Shown here in pieces: positions 24,840 to 37,850 of a DNA stretch of 64,000 bases. Position 1 is the stretch's first letter; each line of letters opens with the position of its first letter. The notes beneath the pieces are model-generated. The model did not search any database. It worked only from the letters and a program-made list of their open reading frames with translations, and had not been told where the DNA came from. Source of the DNA: Octopus sinensis (lineage: Eukaryota). The stretch is taken from contig NC_043006.1 in NCBI RefSeq assembly GCF_006345805.1, forward strand, positions 64,480,001 through 64,544,000, in the 5' to 3' direction. Made by a program: the position numbers and the translations under genes.

Positions 24840-26023
24840 CCCACTTTGTGCCATATTGAGCTGTGTCTTCTTCTAAGGCTCCTGATCAACCAAAGATTGT
24901 GAATGGGTTTCATAAATGGAAACTGAAACGCGCGCGCGTAAGTGCGTGTGTGTTTGTGTACGTTTGTATTTCCCCCTCCTCGTCTACATGTGTTCGCCGG
25001 TTGTAAACAATAGCCTTGCAGATGGTGTCTTTTGCTTGCAGTTCACCGCGAAAGCATGTCCCGACTTCTTGACATGCTTTCATATGTTGTACCGTCTTTG
25101 TAAACAAACGGTTCATTCACATATGGTGTGACTTGTTTCTACTTTGCCTAAACATGTCTGGGTTTGGGGATGTTTGGTGGATGACATCAGGAAGGGTATA
25201 GGGAACAGTAAGAAGAGAAGGAACTGCCCCTCCTCAAAACATCCCTGACCTAAGGACCAGCGAAACACTGGTGGTTTTCACATGCAAACGCATCCACATT
25301 CCCTGGTATTAAGCATGCATTCCAATAGATCATTTACACTTTTACGTGCAATCTAACCTAACCCTAACACCAATAATAACCCAGATTAGGTCATTTCACA
25401 GCATAGACTACAGATACTACAGTAGACCGTGCACGAAAGTAACACTATTTGATTGGGTGATGAAGCCAAAAGAAAAATCAAAGACTATCAGAAAGATGCA
25501 GGGTAGGGAGAGAATACCAGCAGCCCACAAATGAGGGCACATCAATACACTATCAAGAGCCAGGGGAGCACTAATGGAAAAATGAGGAAGATGCCCTTTA
25601 GAGGCAAATTCGGATGACCCAGCCTGCAAGTAGATGGTCAGAAATTTGGTTACCCTTGTTCCTTTATTTTGCTAAATAAAACACTTAACTTATTTCAATA
25701 AAATGAATTACGTACTTGCCTTATCTATAGCTTTTATCGTTTAGTCGTTGCAATCATTGGATTGCAGCCATGCTGGAAGGCAGACTTGAAGGTTTTAGTC
25801 AAAACAAACAGATCCCAGTACTTTTGGTATAAATCCTTAAATCCTTAAAAATGTTTTAGCCCGAAGGCCGCAGCCATGCTGGGGCACCATCGCTGTTTGG
25901 GTTTTTTTTTTATATTTTCACATACACACAAGATGAAGTGAATAAACTGTCGTCTAAATTACGCAAAAATGAAAATAACAATTTTACAGATATTTACCAA
26001 AATTACAAAAGAATATATTAAAT

Positions 26024-26209
26024 TTATTCAATAAAATCGTCATTGGCTTCAACCACAGCCTCCAGAAGACTTCGGAATCTCCTGCATCTCTTCTGGACGG
26101 TCTTCTTGATTAAGTTGGTGAATGATGCGATAATCCTTGCCTTCATTTCATCTTTGGTGTTACAAGGAGTTTTGTTGGTCTCTCGCTCAACTGCACCCCA
26201 CACATAATA
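26024..26209 (-). mobile_element. 3' fragment of a second Tc1/mariner-type transposase (YYVWGAVERETNKTPCNTKDEMKARI...AVVEANDDFIE*)
   Basis: An uninterrupted 61-codon frame resembles the C-terminus that follows the P..NPLD motif in Tc1/maT transposases; the 5' part is missing. Confidence 0.8.
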
Positions 26210-28256
26210 ACGGGAGAGTACACACGTGACTTTGTTTACATTTCTGAAGATAACAGAAACCCTTTTCTCCCACCCCTAACACAAACCCTAACCCCCCATA
26301 TATATAAAGAAAAAAACCACTTTCTTGAAATGTATCCGGTACTTATACCGAAGTTACGCCGATTTGTAAACGACCAGAGAAACGCAGGTATTGCTGTGTG
26401 GTTAAGAAGCTGGTTTTTGTAACCCCCGTGTGCCTTCGGGTTCCGACCCACCACGGTACCTTGAGCAAGTGTCTTCTACTACAGCCCCGGAACGATTAAT
26501 AGAAGTTTTTTAAAAAGTGGGATCAAGCTGTTCAACCTTTCAAAGTAGTGCTCCAGCATGGCCACAGGCCTATGACTGAAACAAAATATAAAAAATCCTT
26601 TCTCTGCGTATGTGAGTGTGTATACACATGTGCGCGAGTCTGTGTTCGTAAGTTTGTTTACACTGTGATGTTCCGTAATTCAGCGGTTTGACAATTATAG
26701 CTGTAATTTTTTTACCAAATAGCAAGATTAAACCTACATGCACATACAGCAAACGGTGCGTGTCTGTTATAGGTGATAGGCGCGAGAGATTGTACGCGAG
26801 AGAGAGAGATAAAAGTTTGGAGAAAATCTGTTTATATGTGTGAAGTAAGTAAGAGACGAGAGACAGACGGGTTAACGTTACTTTTCTACTCCACGCCGGA
26901 GTTGTTCCCACGACAGATGGTTTTGTCTACTATATTTGCTTAATATTAAAAATAAGTCCTGGAGTCGATTTGTTTGACTTAAAAAATTCTTCATGGCGGT
27001 GCCCCAGGATGGCCGTAATCAAATGACTACGGACAAATCAAATAAAACGTCAACTTCAGACGCGGTGTGCGACTTAACTAGGAAAACGACGTACCGTGGA
27101 GATTTTTTCTTTTACCCAATTTAATTAGCTTATATCGTGTTTTAATAAATGATTTATACATATTTTCACATGTATTTTATTTGATTTCCCGCGTTAGTGT
27201 TGGTTTTCAGGTGTTGTTTACAACACTTTTACGCTATTAAATACATTCACAGGAACTGGCATGAATCGGATAAATCGACTGAAGTTAGGTTTTATTTTTA
27301 CCATTAATTCCTTAAAAAGGAAAAAAAAAAACGCGTAAATCGAAAACAACCTAAGTTGAGGTATGCTTGTACATAGATTTGGCAGGGAGGAGCAATGAGT
27401 GTGGAAACCGTTTAATCACTTCACATCTATTCACAGTCTCCGTATTATCTTGTAGATATTGTGTCAGAGACAAAAGACAAGTACTGACATGTCCCCCACG
27501 TTCACAATTCTAGATAAAGTACAAACGCACAACTAGCCTCCGTCTATATTTACGTAATTGTGTGCGAGTGCAGAAGTAATTGTGCATGTATGTCTGTGAA
27601 ATTGTGCGTGAATGTGGATGTATGAATAGATGGTGTTAAGTGTCTGTCAACCAAACACATACGAGGCGTGAGAGAGAAAGAACATGGGTGGAAGTAAGAA
27701 AAAGACGGCAGAAATATTATCAACACTCGTGGTGTGCGCATGAAATACGAGTGTGTGTGTGTGTGTGTGTTCATGCAAGTGAAATAAACGTATGAATAGA
27801 TATGTCTGAAAGGTGTAAAGTGCACATGTATATAATTGTGCGTATAGCCCACATGTATGTGTGTATATACCGTTTGAGTGCGCGCGGGAGAGGATGAGCT
27901 TGTATTCAAAGGGGGAGAAATAGAGAGTGTGTGTGTGTACCGAGACGTATGTGTTTGTGTGCGCGCGCGAGTAGATGGAACGAGAGAGGGAGAGACACAG
28001 AGAAAGGTTACTGTTACTCTTCTCCATGCCGACTGATCCAGAGTTTTCAGTTTGTCCCTCCGACAGGTGTTTTTTTTCTTCTTTCTTTTATTACATTGTA
28101 CAAATAAGCTTAATATCCTCACTACCACCACCACCACCAATCTTTTTCTCACTGTGCTTATCTCTCTACCTTCCTACTCTCGCATGCAACTTTTACTACC
28201 GCTCACTTCCTGTGTCCCTTACGCTGTTTCCTAACAACACTGGCACACACACACAC

Positions 28257-28319
<63 letters not shown>

Positions 28320-30083
28320 ACCTGTGTCCTAAATCCACAGTTTTTACTGTCTGTCCCTTTCTTACAAAGCCCTTTACTTTTGTACCTTATACTTCTTTAG
28401 CTTTCGCTGTCTTCCTTTACTTTTTCAAATTTCCTTAATCTCTCTTAAACCAGTTTTTCCGCCTTCAATTTTCACGAACCCTCACAATACAACATATATT
28501 ACGAATCAACGACAGAATGAGCTTAAATCCTACTTTAAGGGCTTTTTTTTTTAAAAAGGACATCAAATAATGGAGTCCTAGATACACTATGGTGCTACTG
28601 CGAGAACAGCAGTTCAATAGAAACACTCTTCACAAAGCCTGGCACTTGTCCTCTGAAATTTTGGTGTACTAGTTTTCTCGTTTTTGCCTGAGAACTCCCC
28701 GTTTTCTTCTAAATCTCTTCCTTTCACCTTCAATTTTCTTCTCACGCTGGTCTTTCTTTTCTCCTCCGCCCTTCTATTTCTCTTTACTCCTCCAGTGAAC
28801 TTTACCCTTTCTTTGTCTCCTCTCTCCACCTGTACCTCTTTTTTTTTTATATATTTATGTATCTGCCTTTCATTGCTTTCTCCTCCTACCTGTGTAACAA
28901 TACCTCCTCCACTCAGTGAGTCAGTAAAACTGCCAGTCCCTTCATATATTTCATCTCTTCTCTTCTCTTAATGTTTTTAACAGATTCCTTTCCACCCTCT
29001 CTCTCTTTCATATAATATATATATATATATATATGAATGAGAAAGAGAGGGTGGAGAGGAATATATATATATTATAGACATCTCCCACTATTTTGCCATG
29101 TGTCCTTAAGGAAAGTCTCTCTTCCTCTCTCTTTCTCTTACAATACATCTTCCCTATTCCTAAACACACCGCGCGCGCACACATCATTGCGGGTGCTTCT
29201 ATGTTAAACCATTCAACATGCTTAAACACAAAACAATAATAAACATATCTGTCAGAAGGATAAACGTAATGGAAATCGACTACGGCAAGGTTTAGAATAG
29301 GAATACAGAAAGACTAAATTAAATACTGCAAAGGCTTTTATTTAATTTCCAATTAAACATTAAAACTAGACTGGGATATTATATATTAGTAAGATAACAG
29401 GATAACGCCGTTAGCAACGCGTTATCGATATAATGTCGTATTTATGTTTGGGTGATGGGGGAGGGGTCTCTTTTCTTTTCTTTTTTTTTTTTCTATGAAA
29501 AATATTATAAAATCATATTTGATCTGCAATCGAAGGGAACCCTAACACAAAATAATAGTAAACACAACGGGGAAACTAGTTGCATAGGTAATTGGCGTAT
29601 ATAACGGCTAATAAGATGCACTTCAAGTTTAGCAGGCCCTCAACAGCAATAAATAACAAGCCCCAATTTTGTGTTTATAAAACGTAAATTGATTTTTTGG
29701 GACATTTAACATACGGACAAAAAAGTGCGGTTTATATAAGGTAGGAGAGTATTTACAAACAACTCCAAAGTGACATAAAACGGTGACGTCTAACGAAGGT
29801 TCTTTGTGCTCGAAAGACATTTTCCTCACAGTAAACCAATTTATTTACATTTGAACTGTATACTGTTTATAAATTAATGATCTCTAATATTGCCACAAGA
29901 TCACAAATATTAGAGGAGAGCACTGACTATTTTTAATTGATCTCCCAGCAGCTGACTAGCATATAACGTGCTGACTTCAAAGGGATGAATGCAGTCAGCT
30001 TCGAAGAAACTGAAAATAATCTCTTACATAAATAGAAAGCAACGATATACAAACACACACACACACATATATATACATACATG

Positions 30084-30115
<32 letters not shown>

Positions 30116-30504
30116 ATATATGGAGGGTTGAGTGTAGACGCTTGTTACATCAATTCCCAGGTTAGCAATTTTATTTTATTGACCCAAGGCTAATAAGATA
30201 CATTTCAAGCTTAGTAGGCCCTCAACAGCAATAACAAACCCCAACTTTGTGTTTATAAAACGTAGATTGATTTTTTGGGACATTTAACTTACGGGGGGGA
30301 AAAAAAGTGCGGTTTATATAAGGTAGGGAAGTATTTACAAACAACTCAAAAGTGACATAAAAGTGTTAGTAATTCTATTTTATTGAACCAAGGAGGATGC
30401 AAAGCAAGAGTCGACTACAACAGGATTTCAACTTGACCAAATACTGCAAAACATTTATATTTTATCCAACGCTCTACCTACTTTATACACCATTCTCCCA
30501 TCCG

Positions 30505-30551
<47 letters not shown>

Positions 30552-31206
30552 AACACACACACACCTTTCTCATAATGCCTAAGTGACATAAGATTATGTG
30601 TAATAAAGAAGTGGGCTCCAGCATTTTGGAAAGAGCTCTACTTCAAGTGGATCTTTTTTGTTCCCTCATGGAGTTCTTGCCACATGAAGGGTACTTCCTC
30701 TTTTATTTTTTAATCCAATCTGTTTACACATATGTGGAACCCTGCCGTACACAATGAAAATAAAGGAGTTCGTAGATCCTCTTAGTTGAAACGCTAAATT
30801 TCTTGTTCTTGCGACATACGACTGGTCCTATTTTACTCATTAGTTTTTTCTCGACAGAGACCATCACTAGTTCCTTTGGATTCAACTCATTGTTTAAAAG
30901 GCAAATAGTCTCGAGTCCTAGGTTTCAGGGGCAGTTTACCTAGTTGCCATGGCGTACAAAGTAACCGATGTCACAACATTCCTCCTGAAAAGAGCTCCAG
31001 CCAGTCGCTGAGTTACACATTTTAACCAGCTGAGTGCACCGGAGCAACGCTAAATGAAATGTTCTAATCAAGAGCACAAAGCAACGCTTGGTACGGGAAT
31101 CGGAATCATGATGTTGCGATCATGAGGGCAACACCCTAAAGCACTAGGCCACGCCCCTTCGCATTTATTGTCTAGCTCCAAATTTAAAACTAATGATCAT
31201 TCTCGT

Positions 31207-31564
31207 GGCACTCCGTCGGTTACGACGACACGGGTTCCAGTTGATCCGGTCAACGGAACAGCCCGCTCGTGAAATTAACGTGCAAGTGGCTGAGCACTCC
31301 ACAGACACGTGGTGCCCTTAACGTAGTTCTCGGGGATATTCGGCGTGACAAGGCTGGCCCTTTGAAATACAGGCACAGCAGAAACTGGAAGGAAGAGTGA
31401 GAGAAAGTTGTGGTGAAAGAATACAGCAGGATTCGCCACCACCCCCTGCCGGAGCTTCGTAGTGCTTTCGCTCAATAAACACTCACAACGCCCGGCCTGG
31501 GAATCAAAACCGCGATCCTACAACCTCAAGTCTCCTGCCCGAACCACTGAGCCATTGCGCCTCT
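31207..31564 (-). mobile_element. tRNA-derived SINE, family B, full length
   Basis: Colinear with 12346-12732. Confidence 0.88.
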
Positions 31565-33294
31565 ACAATGGTCATTCTATAATATACAAGGCAGGATGTC
31601 ATTATGCGCATATCAGGGACTGCATTGACCAAGATTTTTCCAGAGGAGAGGAAGGAATCTGCAAACCCGAGACATGGCACGAATGGTTTCAAAGAGTAAA
31701 CTCCACCCAGTCGCCCAGTTTTACCAACGTGGTTATGTTAATCTAAGTAACAGATTAAGTCTACCATCATAAAAGTATGGCAGGACTGGCCAACCTGTCT
31801 TTTTTTTTTTTTTAAGGAATAGTATCTTGGACTATTCTATCAAATGTAGTTTTTTTTTAAAGACAATCGGTTGTGATTTAAGGGAGATTTTGGCCGTTTA
31901 TTTCTAAAAGCTGAATGACCTCGTAAGTAGAAACAATTTTGATGGTTTATCAAGTCTGTGTATACACTCAAGTCAATAGAAGAGAATTTGAGGACGGCGT
32001 TTCATTTCACTGAGGAATGAAGAATATAACATTTCAAGCTTGTGTTATAGTTTACTGTAGTTTGATTTTATTTCCCCAAGTATCTACAACCAAGGGGACA
32101 ACACATTCTCTGTCTTCATCACTCAGACAAAAGACAAGGCCCAAAACATGAAATTCTTTCGTACTTCTCCGTTAATGGTGCTTTTCTTCTTTGCTTCAAC
32201 TGTGTTTTACTGCTTAAATCCTGCTGCTAACTTCCTTAAAATAGCTATATACTCCCGCCAAACTTCAGTCTGTCCACGTACTATTATTATTACCCGCTGC
32301 TGGCATTAAAGAGAGGTTGCATTAGCAGAAGACAGAAGGAAGGGAGAAGAAGAAAAAAAATCTCTTGACAGGTGAAACTTGTCAATGAAACTACTCAAAT
32401 AAAATAACTACAGCAACAGTTTTGTCTGTGAACAACAGACACACAAACATAATACAGAATCACGTACGTATACACACACACACACACACAGAGTTTTTAT
32501 CTCTTCCCGCCTTTCTCGTCTATCATTTCACACAATCTCCGTGTCTCTTTTGTGTGTTTTTCGTTGTATATACAATAACAAAAGGAATTTTAATCGAATT
32601 CTTCACACGTACTCTCTCCACTTCACACTTAGAATATCTGAGAGAAACAGGCACTGTGAGCAGTCACTTTTGATTCTCTTTCATGTTTCCACGATTTAAA
32701 AGACGTACAGCGTGTTCTCGAGCCAACTAAGAAACCTCTGCGGGGGGGGGGGGGTCATGATAAATGCTAGAGATAACAGCTAAATCTCCTCGAACCACAC
32801 TTGTCTTTAAAAACACATTCGATAATGTGCCCAACGGGCACATTATGCATGTCCATTATGCATGTGGAAAAGGCAAGATGGTCACAGCTGGAACGCAGCT
32901 GGCCAGGGAACTAATCAACAACACATCTGAAAACAGAACCACTCACACATGCTTCGTTCATTTTCTGTCAACCAAATCCATTCACAAGAATGTGATTGGC
33001 CTGGGCCTTCAGTAGAAGGCGGCTGCCAAGTAGGGCTCAACCCATGGTCAAACTTCTTAACCACACACACACACACACTCACACACACATATCCAGTAGA
33101 TGAAACCTTGTCAATTCGAACTTTTCTCTATTCTCGGTATTGAGTCAGCCCGACAGTAAATATTCTGCTGTTATTCTTAAACTAGACTAAAAATAATAAC
33201 ATTTAAAAATATTTCTTATAGCACTGACTAAGAGATTATCAAACCAGATCTACAATAATACTACCTAGTTTGGTACAATAGCCTGCCACCTTAC

Positions 33295-33454
33295 CTTACT
33301 GAGCTTTTCGCCAGCATGATGTGGAAGCAGCGTCTTCAGGGACTGGAAGCCAGCATTGATGCTCTGCATTCGTCTCCGTTCATTACTGTTCGCAATTTCA
33401 CGACGGATTCGCTTCTCTTGTTCAAGTTGGGCTTTTGGTGATAGGGGGCGGGGT
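33295..33454 (-). CDS. TFAP4: TFAP4/AP-4 coding exon: basic region, helix 1 and loop of the bHLH (PRPLSP...RIRREIANSNERRRMQSINAGFQSLKTLLPHHAGEKLSK); internal exon, phase 2 to phase 0
   Basis: Translation is nearly identical to the AP-4 bHLH signature RREIANSNERRRMQSINAGFQSLKTL. Acceptor ttttttccag ends at 33455 and donor AAG|GTAAGG starts at 33294. Length 160 nt = 1 + 53 codons. The intron after EKLSK matches the position in vertebrate TFAP4. Confidence 0.97.
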
Positions 33455-33659
33455 CTGGAAAAAATAAACAAACAAGCAAAGATCAGAAGTTTGTCTTCAC
33501 ATGAGAATATAAATCACATTATTAATTTTGAACGCAAAGGCTCAAAAGTACGACGATGATGGTTCTTAATCGGTTGGTAAGGAAGTTAGTTGCATATACA
33601 AGAAAATAGCATGCAACAATTAAACAATGTTGTACTGCACTGCAATGGTGTTAATGGCA

Positions 33660-33955
33660 TTTCAGTTGAACCAATCAACGAACGGAACGGCCTGCTCATG
33701 AAATTAACACGCAATTGGTTGAGCACTCCACAGACACGCGTACCCTTAACATAGTTCTCAAGGAGATTCAGCATGGCACATAATGTGACAAGGCTGGCCC
33801 TTTGAAATACAGTTACTACTTAACTTTTGTCGGCTGAGTGGACTGGGGCAATGTGAAATAATGCGTCTTGCTGAAGTACACAACACGGCACCAGGTATCG
33901 AACTCGCCACCTTACGGTCATGAGCCAAACACTTTAACCACTAAGCTATACACCA
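33660..33955 (-). mobile_element. SINE sharing the family B 3' core but with a different tRNA-like head
   Basis: 33660-33813 matches the family B core. 33820-33955 on the minus strand reads TAGCTTAGTGGTTAAAG...GAGTTCGATACC (A and B boxes). A related head lies on the plus strand at ~6715-6860. Confidence 0.7.
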
Positions 33956-34184
33956 GAACATGAAGATATGCAATAATTACATTTGTTACAACTTATTAAC
34001 ATTCGCTCCCCCCACTCCTGCATCAAAACACAACCCTGGGCACAACCTTGAAGAATTTTGACTCCAACATATTTTATTTTTAAATTGGTCTCTTTTTGAC
34101 AAACTATTAACAATGGACGTAAACACACCAACTCTGGTGGTCCAGTAGTAGTAGGGGACAAACACACACACGTGTATATGTATG

Positions 34185-34262
<78 letters not shown>

Positions 34263-37200
34263 TAGATATAATATACATATAATGTATATAATATACATAT
34301 AATATATATATACGATGGGCTTCTTTCAGTTTCTATCTACCAAATCCATTCACAAGGCTTTGGTCAACTTAAGGCTAGAGAAGAGAGTTACCCAAACTGA
34401 CACAGAGTGGGGGTGAACTCAGAACTATGTGGTCAGGAAGTAAACTTCTTACCACACAACCACAGAATGACACCATAGGGTAGGTGTGAGAGGCCAGATC
34501 CAGACGATTTGAACGTAAAACAGCAAGAAATAGTGGCCGGATAAGGTTTGTTTTAAATACTGAAGGCTTAAACCTCACTCACAGCACCACTGCAATAACA
34601 TACCTCTCACCAAATACTCCACAACACCACCACCCTTTCATACTCATCACCACCACAACTGTCTTACACTCACTACACTCCACCCATCCCTTCATCATCA
34701 TCATCATCATCACTCTCAAACACACTTCCCAATCAAAACATAGTCCCCCACCCATCTCTCAAGCAACATCAGACCCCACTAAATCAGCAGGCTTTACAAC
34801 TAAAACTCTTCTTCTTGCCATAATAATTAGGTATGTACAACAAATAATAGAAACAGCTGACCTTATCAAACACAATAAGGAAGCTAGCTGTACCTGTCAG
34901 GTTTTCATATATTTACAATAGATACAGTAGTTTGGAGTCATTGGCAATTTTAGGTGACCCAATGATATAATTATATGTACAGCAAATAACAGAAACAGCT
35001 GACCTTATCAACACAATAAGGTAACTAGCTATACCATCACACACACACATATATATATATATATACACTAGTCCTAGTGTCACAAAATATTACACCCAGT
35101 GCACTGCAAAGGTGTCATCAGTGTTAGGAAGTGCATCCAGTTGTAGAAATCAGGAGCCACAAACAACACTTACAAGCAGGTTGTGGTCCTCACATCCATC
35201 TAAGAGAGCAAGAACTCATCCAACCTATTTAGTTTTCATTTCCCTCCTGAGCTCTTGAACAGATTAGGCAACAAGTTGCCGTTACTGGATTCTCTTGGTT
35301 GCAGTTTTCTCAGCATCCAGCTATGTGATACTGGCATCTCTCATATCATTATCATCATTTAACGTCCCAGTTATGAATATTTGGCACCATGAAGTTTTCA
35401 ATATTCCCCACTTTCTTTTCCCCTCCAGTAATGTCCATTTGAAAGCTGTCTTAGAATGGTGTTGTTCCAAAAGCCAAAATATATAACCTGTTTTAATTTA
35501 TTTTCCATGATAACTTCACAAAGTGGCCATGCATTGTCTCTCTTAGGAATATCCAGCATAGAGGGCAGATGTAAAAGCATGAAAAATTTTTAAACTTTTC
35601 TCACTTAACCCCTGGTTTCGAATCCATTTTCCTGAGAGAGACACCAACAGGAATGGTATTTGCTTATTACTGGTAGTTACATTCTAAGTTTCCATTCTTT
35701 CAAAATGAACTTTGACACATCATGTTTCAATGGGGTGGAGAGTAGAATAATTACCAGTAAAGTAATGGGGTTTTGTATAATCTTGTTTTTGTTAGAAACC
35801 ATCACTTGAATTGCATATGATCATATTCACAATTTAATTTTGGAAATAACCAACGGCGTGACAGGCTTTTAATAACCTTGTTTTTATTAATCTGTTGTCT
35901 ACAAAATTATTAACAACTAAAACTCATTGATTCCAGTAAAATTCAAAGAATGAAGAAAAGCAAAATGTTTTTTTAAAAAAGTCACCTTCTTCTAGAGGAT
36001 TTGAACTCAAAAGCAGAAGCCTTGGAGAAACCACAATGACTATACCAGCTAAACTATCTGTATTTGGTCTGCTTTCACTTGCAACGGAATAGTTTAGCTC
36101 ATGATGAACTGCTTTACATCACCGAGTTCTGTGCACATCATAATATATAACACCATACTGCTCTCACCACCACCACTCTACTAGTATGATGATGATATAT
36201 ATGGTATGGATGGGATGGTTTGACAGGTGGCAGCCAGGCAGAAGCCTGCACCATACTTTTGTGACTGTTTTGGCAGAATTTTTACAGCTGGATGCCCTTC
36301 CAAACTCCAACCACTTAGCAGAGTGGACTTTAGTGCTTTTTCCATGGAACAAGCACAGGTAAGGTCAGTTTTAGCAAGGTTTTTACAGCTGGATGCCCTT
36401 CTAAATGCCAACCACTTTACAGTGCAGACTGGAAGCTTTTTAAGTGGCACCTGCACTGACAGAGTCAGTACATTACAAGACAACAAATAAAAGGAAAATT
36501 TTTTTTAATCTTTTGAGATGGGAGGAGGAGGCATTGGAGGAGGTTTGTATATGTGTATAAATGCGAAGCCAGTTGAATGTGCCAGAAATATCAGCTAAAT
36601 AAATGCAGACAAGGCTGTGTGGTGAGAAGCTTGCTTCCCAACCACTTGGTTCGGGGTTCAGTTCCACTGCAGAGCACTTTGGGCAAGTGTTGTGTACTAT
36701 AGCCCTAGGCCAACCAAAGCATAGTCAGTGAACTTGGTAGGCAGAAACAGAAAGGAAGTTGTTGTTGTTGTCTTCTTCTTCTTCTTCTTCCAATCAGGGC
36801 TCACACCATTAGCCACAAAGAATAATCTCTAAGTCTACTCTAAGCTACTAAGAATGCATGTGGCAACTTGAAGATCCACCCACCACATGCAATAGACTGG
36901 CGGTTGCATGGATGCGAAAGCTATGTTGTTATCCACAATCCATAAAAGGTGGCTTTTTTTAACAGGTGGAGAGCTGAACCATCCTGGGGTACAGAGGATT
37001 CGCAATCTAGACTAGGGTTTGAAAGTTTAGCACACCATAGTGGGTTACATCATGGTTCCTCTGCTTTGTGCCAGAAGTAGGAAGAAAGAGTGAGAGAAAG
37101 TTGTGGGAACAAGTACAACGGGGTCCCACCCCTGCCGGAGCCTCGCGGAGCTTAGGTCTTTTTGCTCAATAAACACTCACAATGCCCCATCTAGGAATTG

Positions 37201-37769
37201 AAACCGCGTTCTTACGACCGCAAGTCCGCTGTCCTAACCACTGGGCCATTGCACCTCCACTGTTGTTGTTGTTGTGTGTGTTTGTGTCTGTGTTTGGCCC
37301 CCACCTCTGATTCACAACTAGTGTTGGTGTGTTTATGTCCCTGTAACTAAGCAATTTGGCTAAAGAGACTAAAGGAAGAAAAAACCAGGTTTAAAACAGA
37401 ATCAATAAGTCCTCGGGTTGATTCATTCGACTAAAAATTTCTTCAAGGCAAGGTGCCCCAGCATGGCCACAGTCTAGAGACTGAAACAAGCGTAAGATAC
37501 AAGATAAAGCTAAACCAGCTTCAATTTCCATCCTGTTTTGAACTGGAGGAAGGGGAGGGAAACAGGGTTGTCAGAGACGATTGCAGACACACACACAGAC
37601 AGACAGACACATGCATACAGATCCAAACAGAAAAAGCTGTGTGCATTGTTATATACACAAACACATAGACACACCCACATACAGACACGCTTTCAGAAAT
37701 GATTTATGAAATTCAATTACTGGCTAACAATGCTCATCTTTGTATTTACATACATACATACACATGCAT

Positions 37770-37792
37770 GCATATATATATATATAATATAT

Positions 37793-37850
<58 letters not shown>

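Noticed and set aside
27550-28152. 200-aa and 126-aa minus-strand ORFs as an alternative TFAP4 first exon
   Set aside because: Composition is microsatellite-driven, and the nearby GT donors after ATGGAGAAG are phase 1, not the phase 0 needed to join the exon at 16814.
33290-33300. Tandem donor AGTAAGGTAAG as a functional alternative splice site
   Set aside because: Use of the upstream GT (33299) would shift the frame by 5 nt within the bHLH; no evidence from sequence alone.
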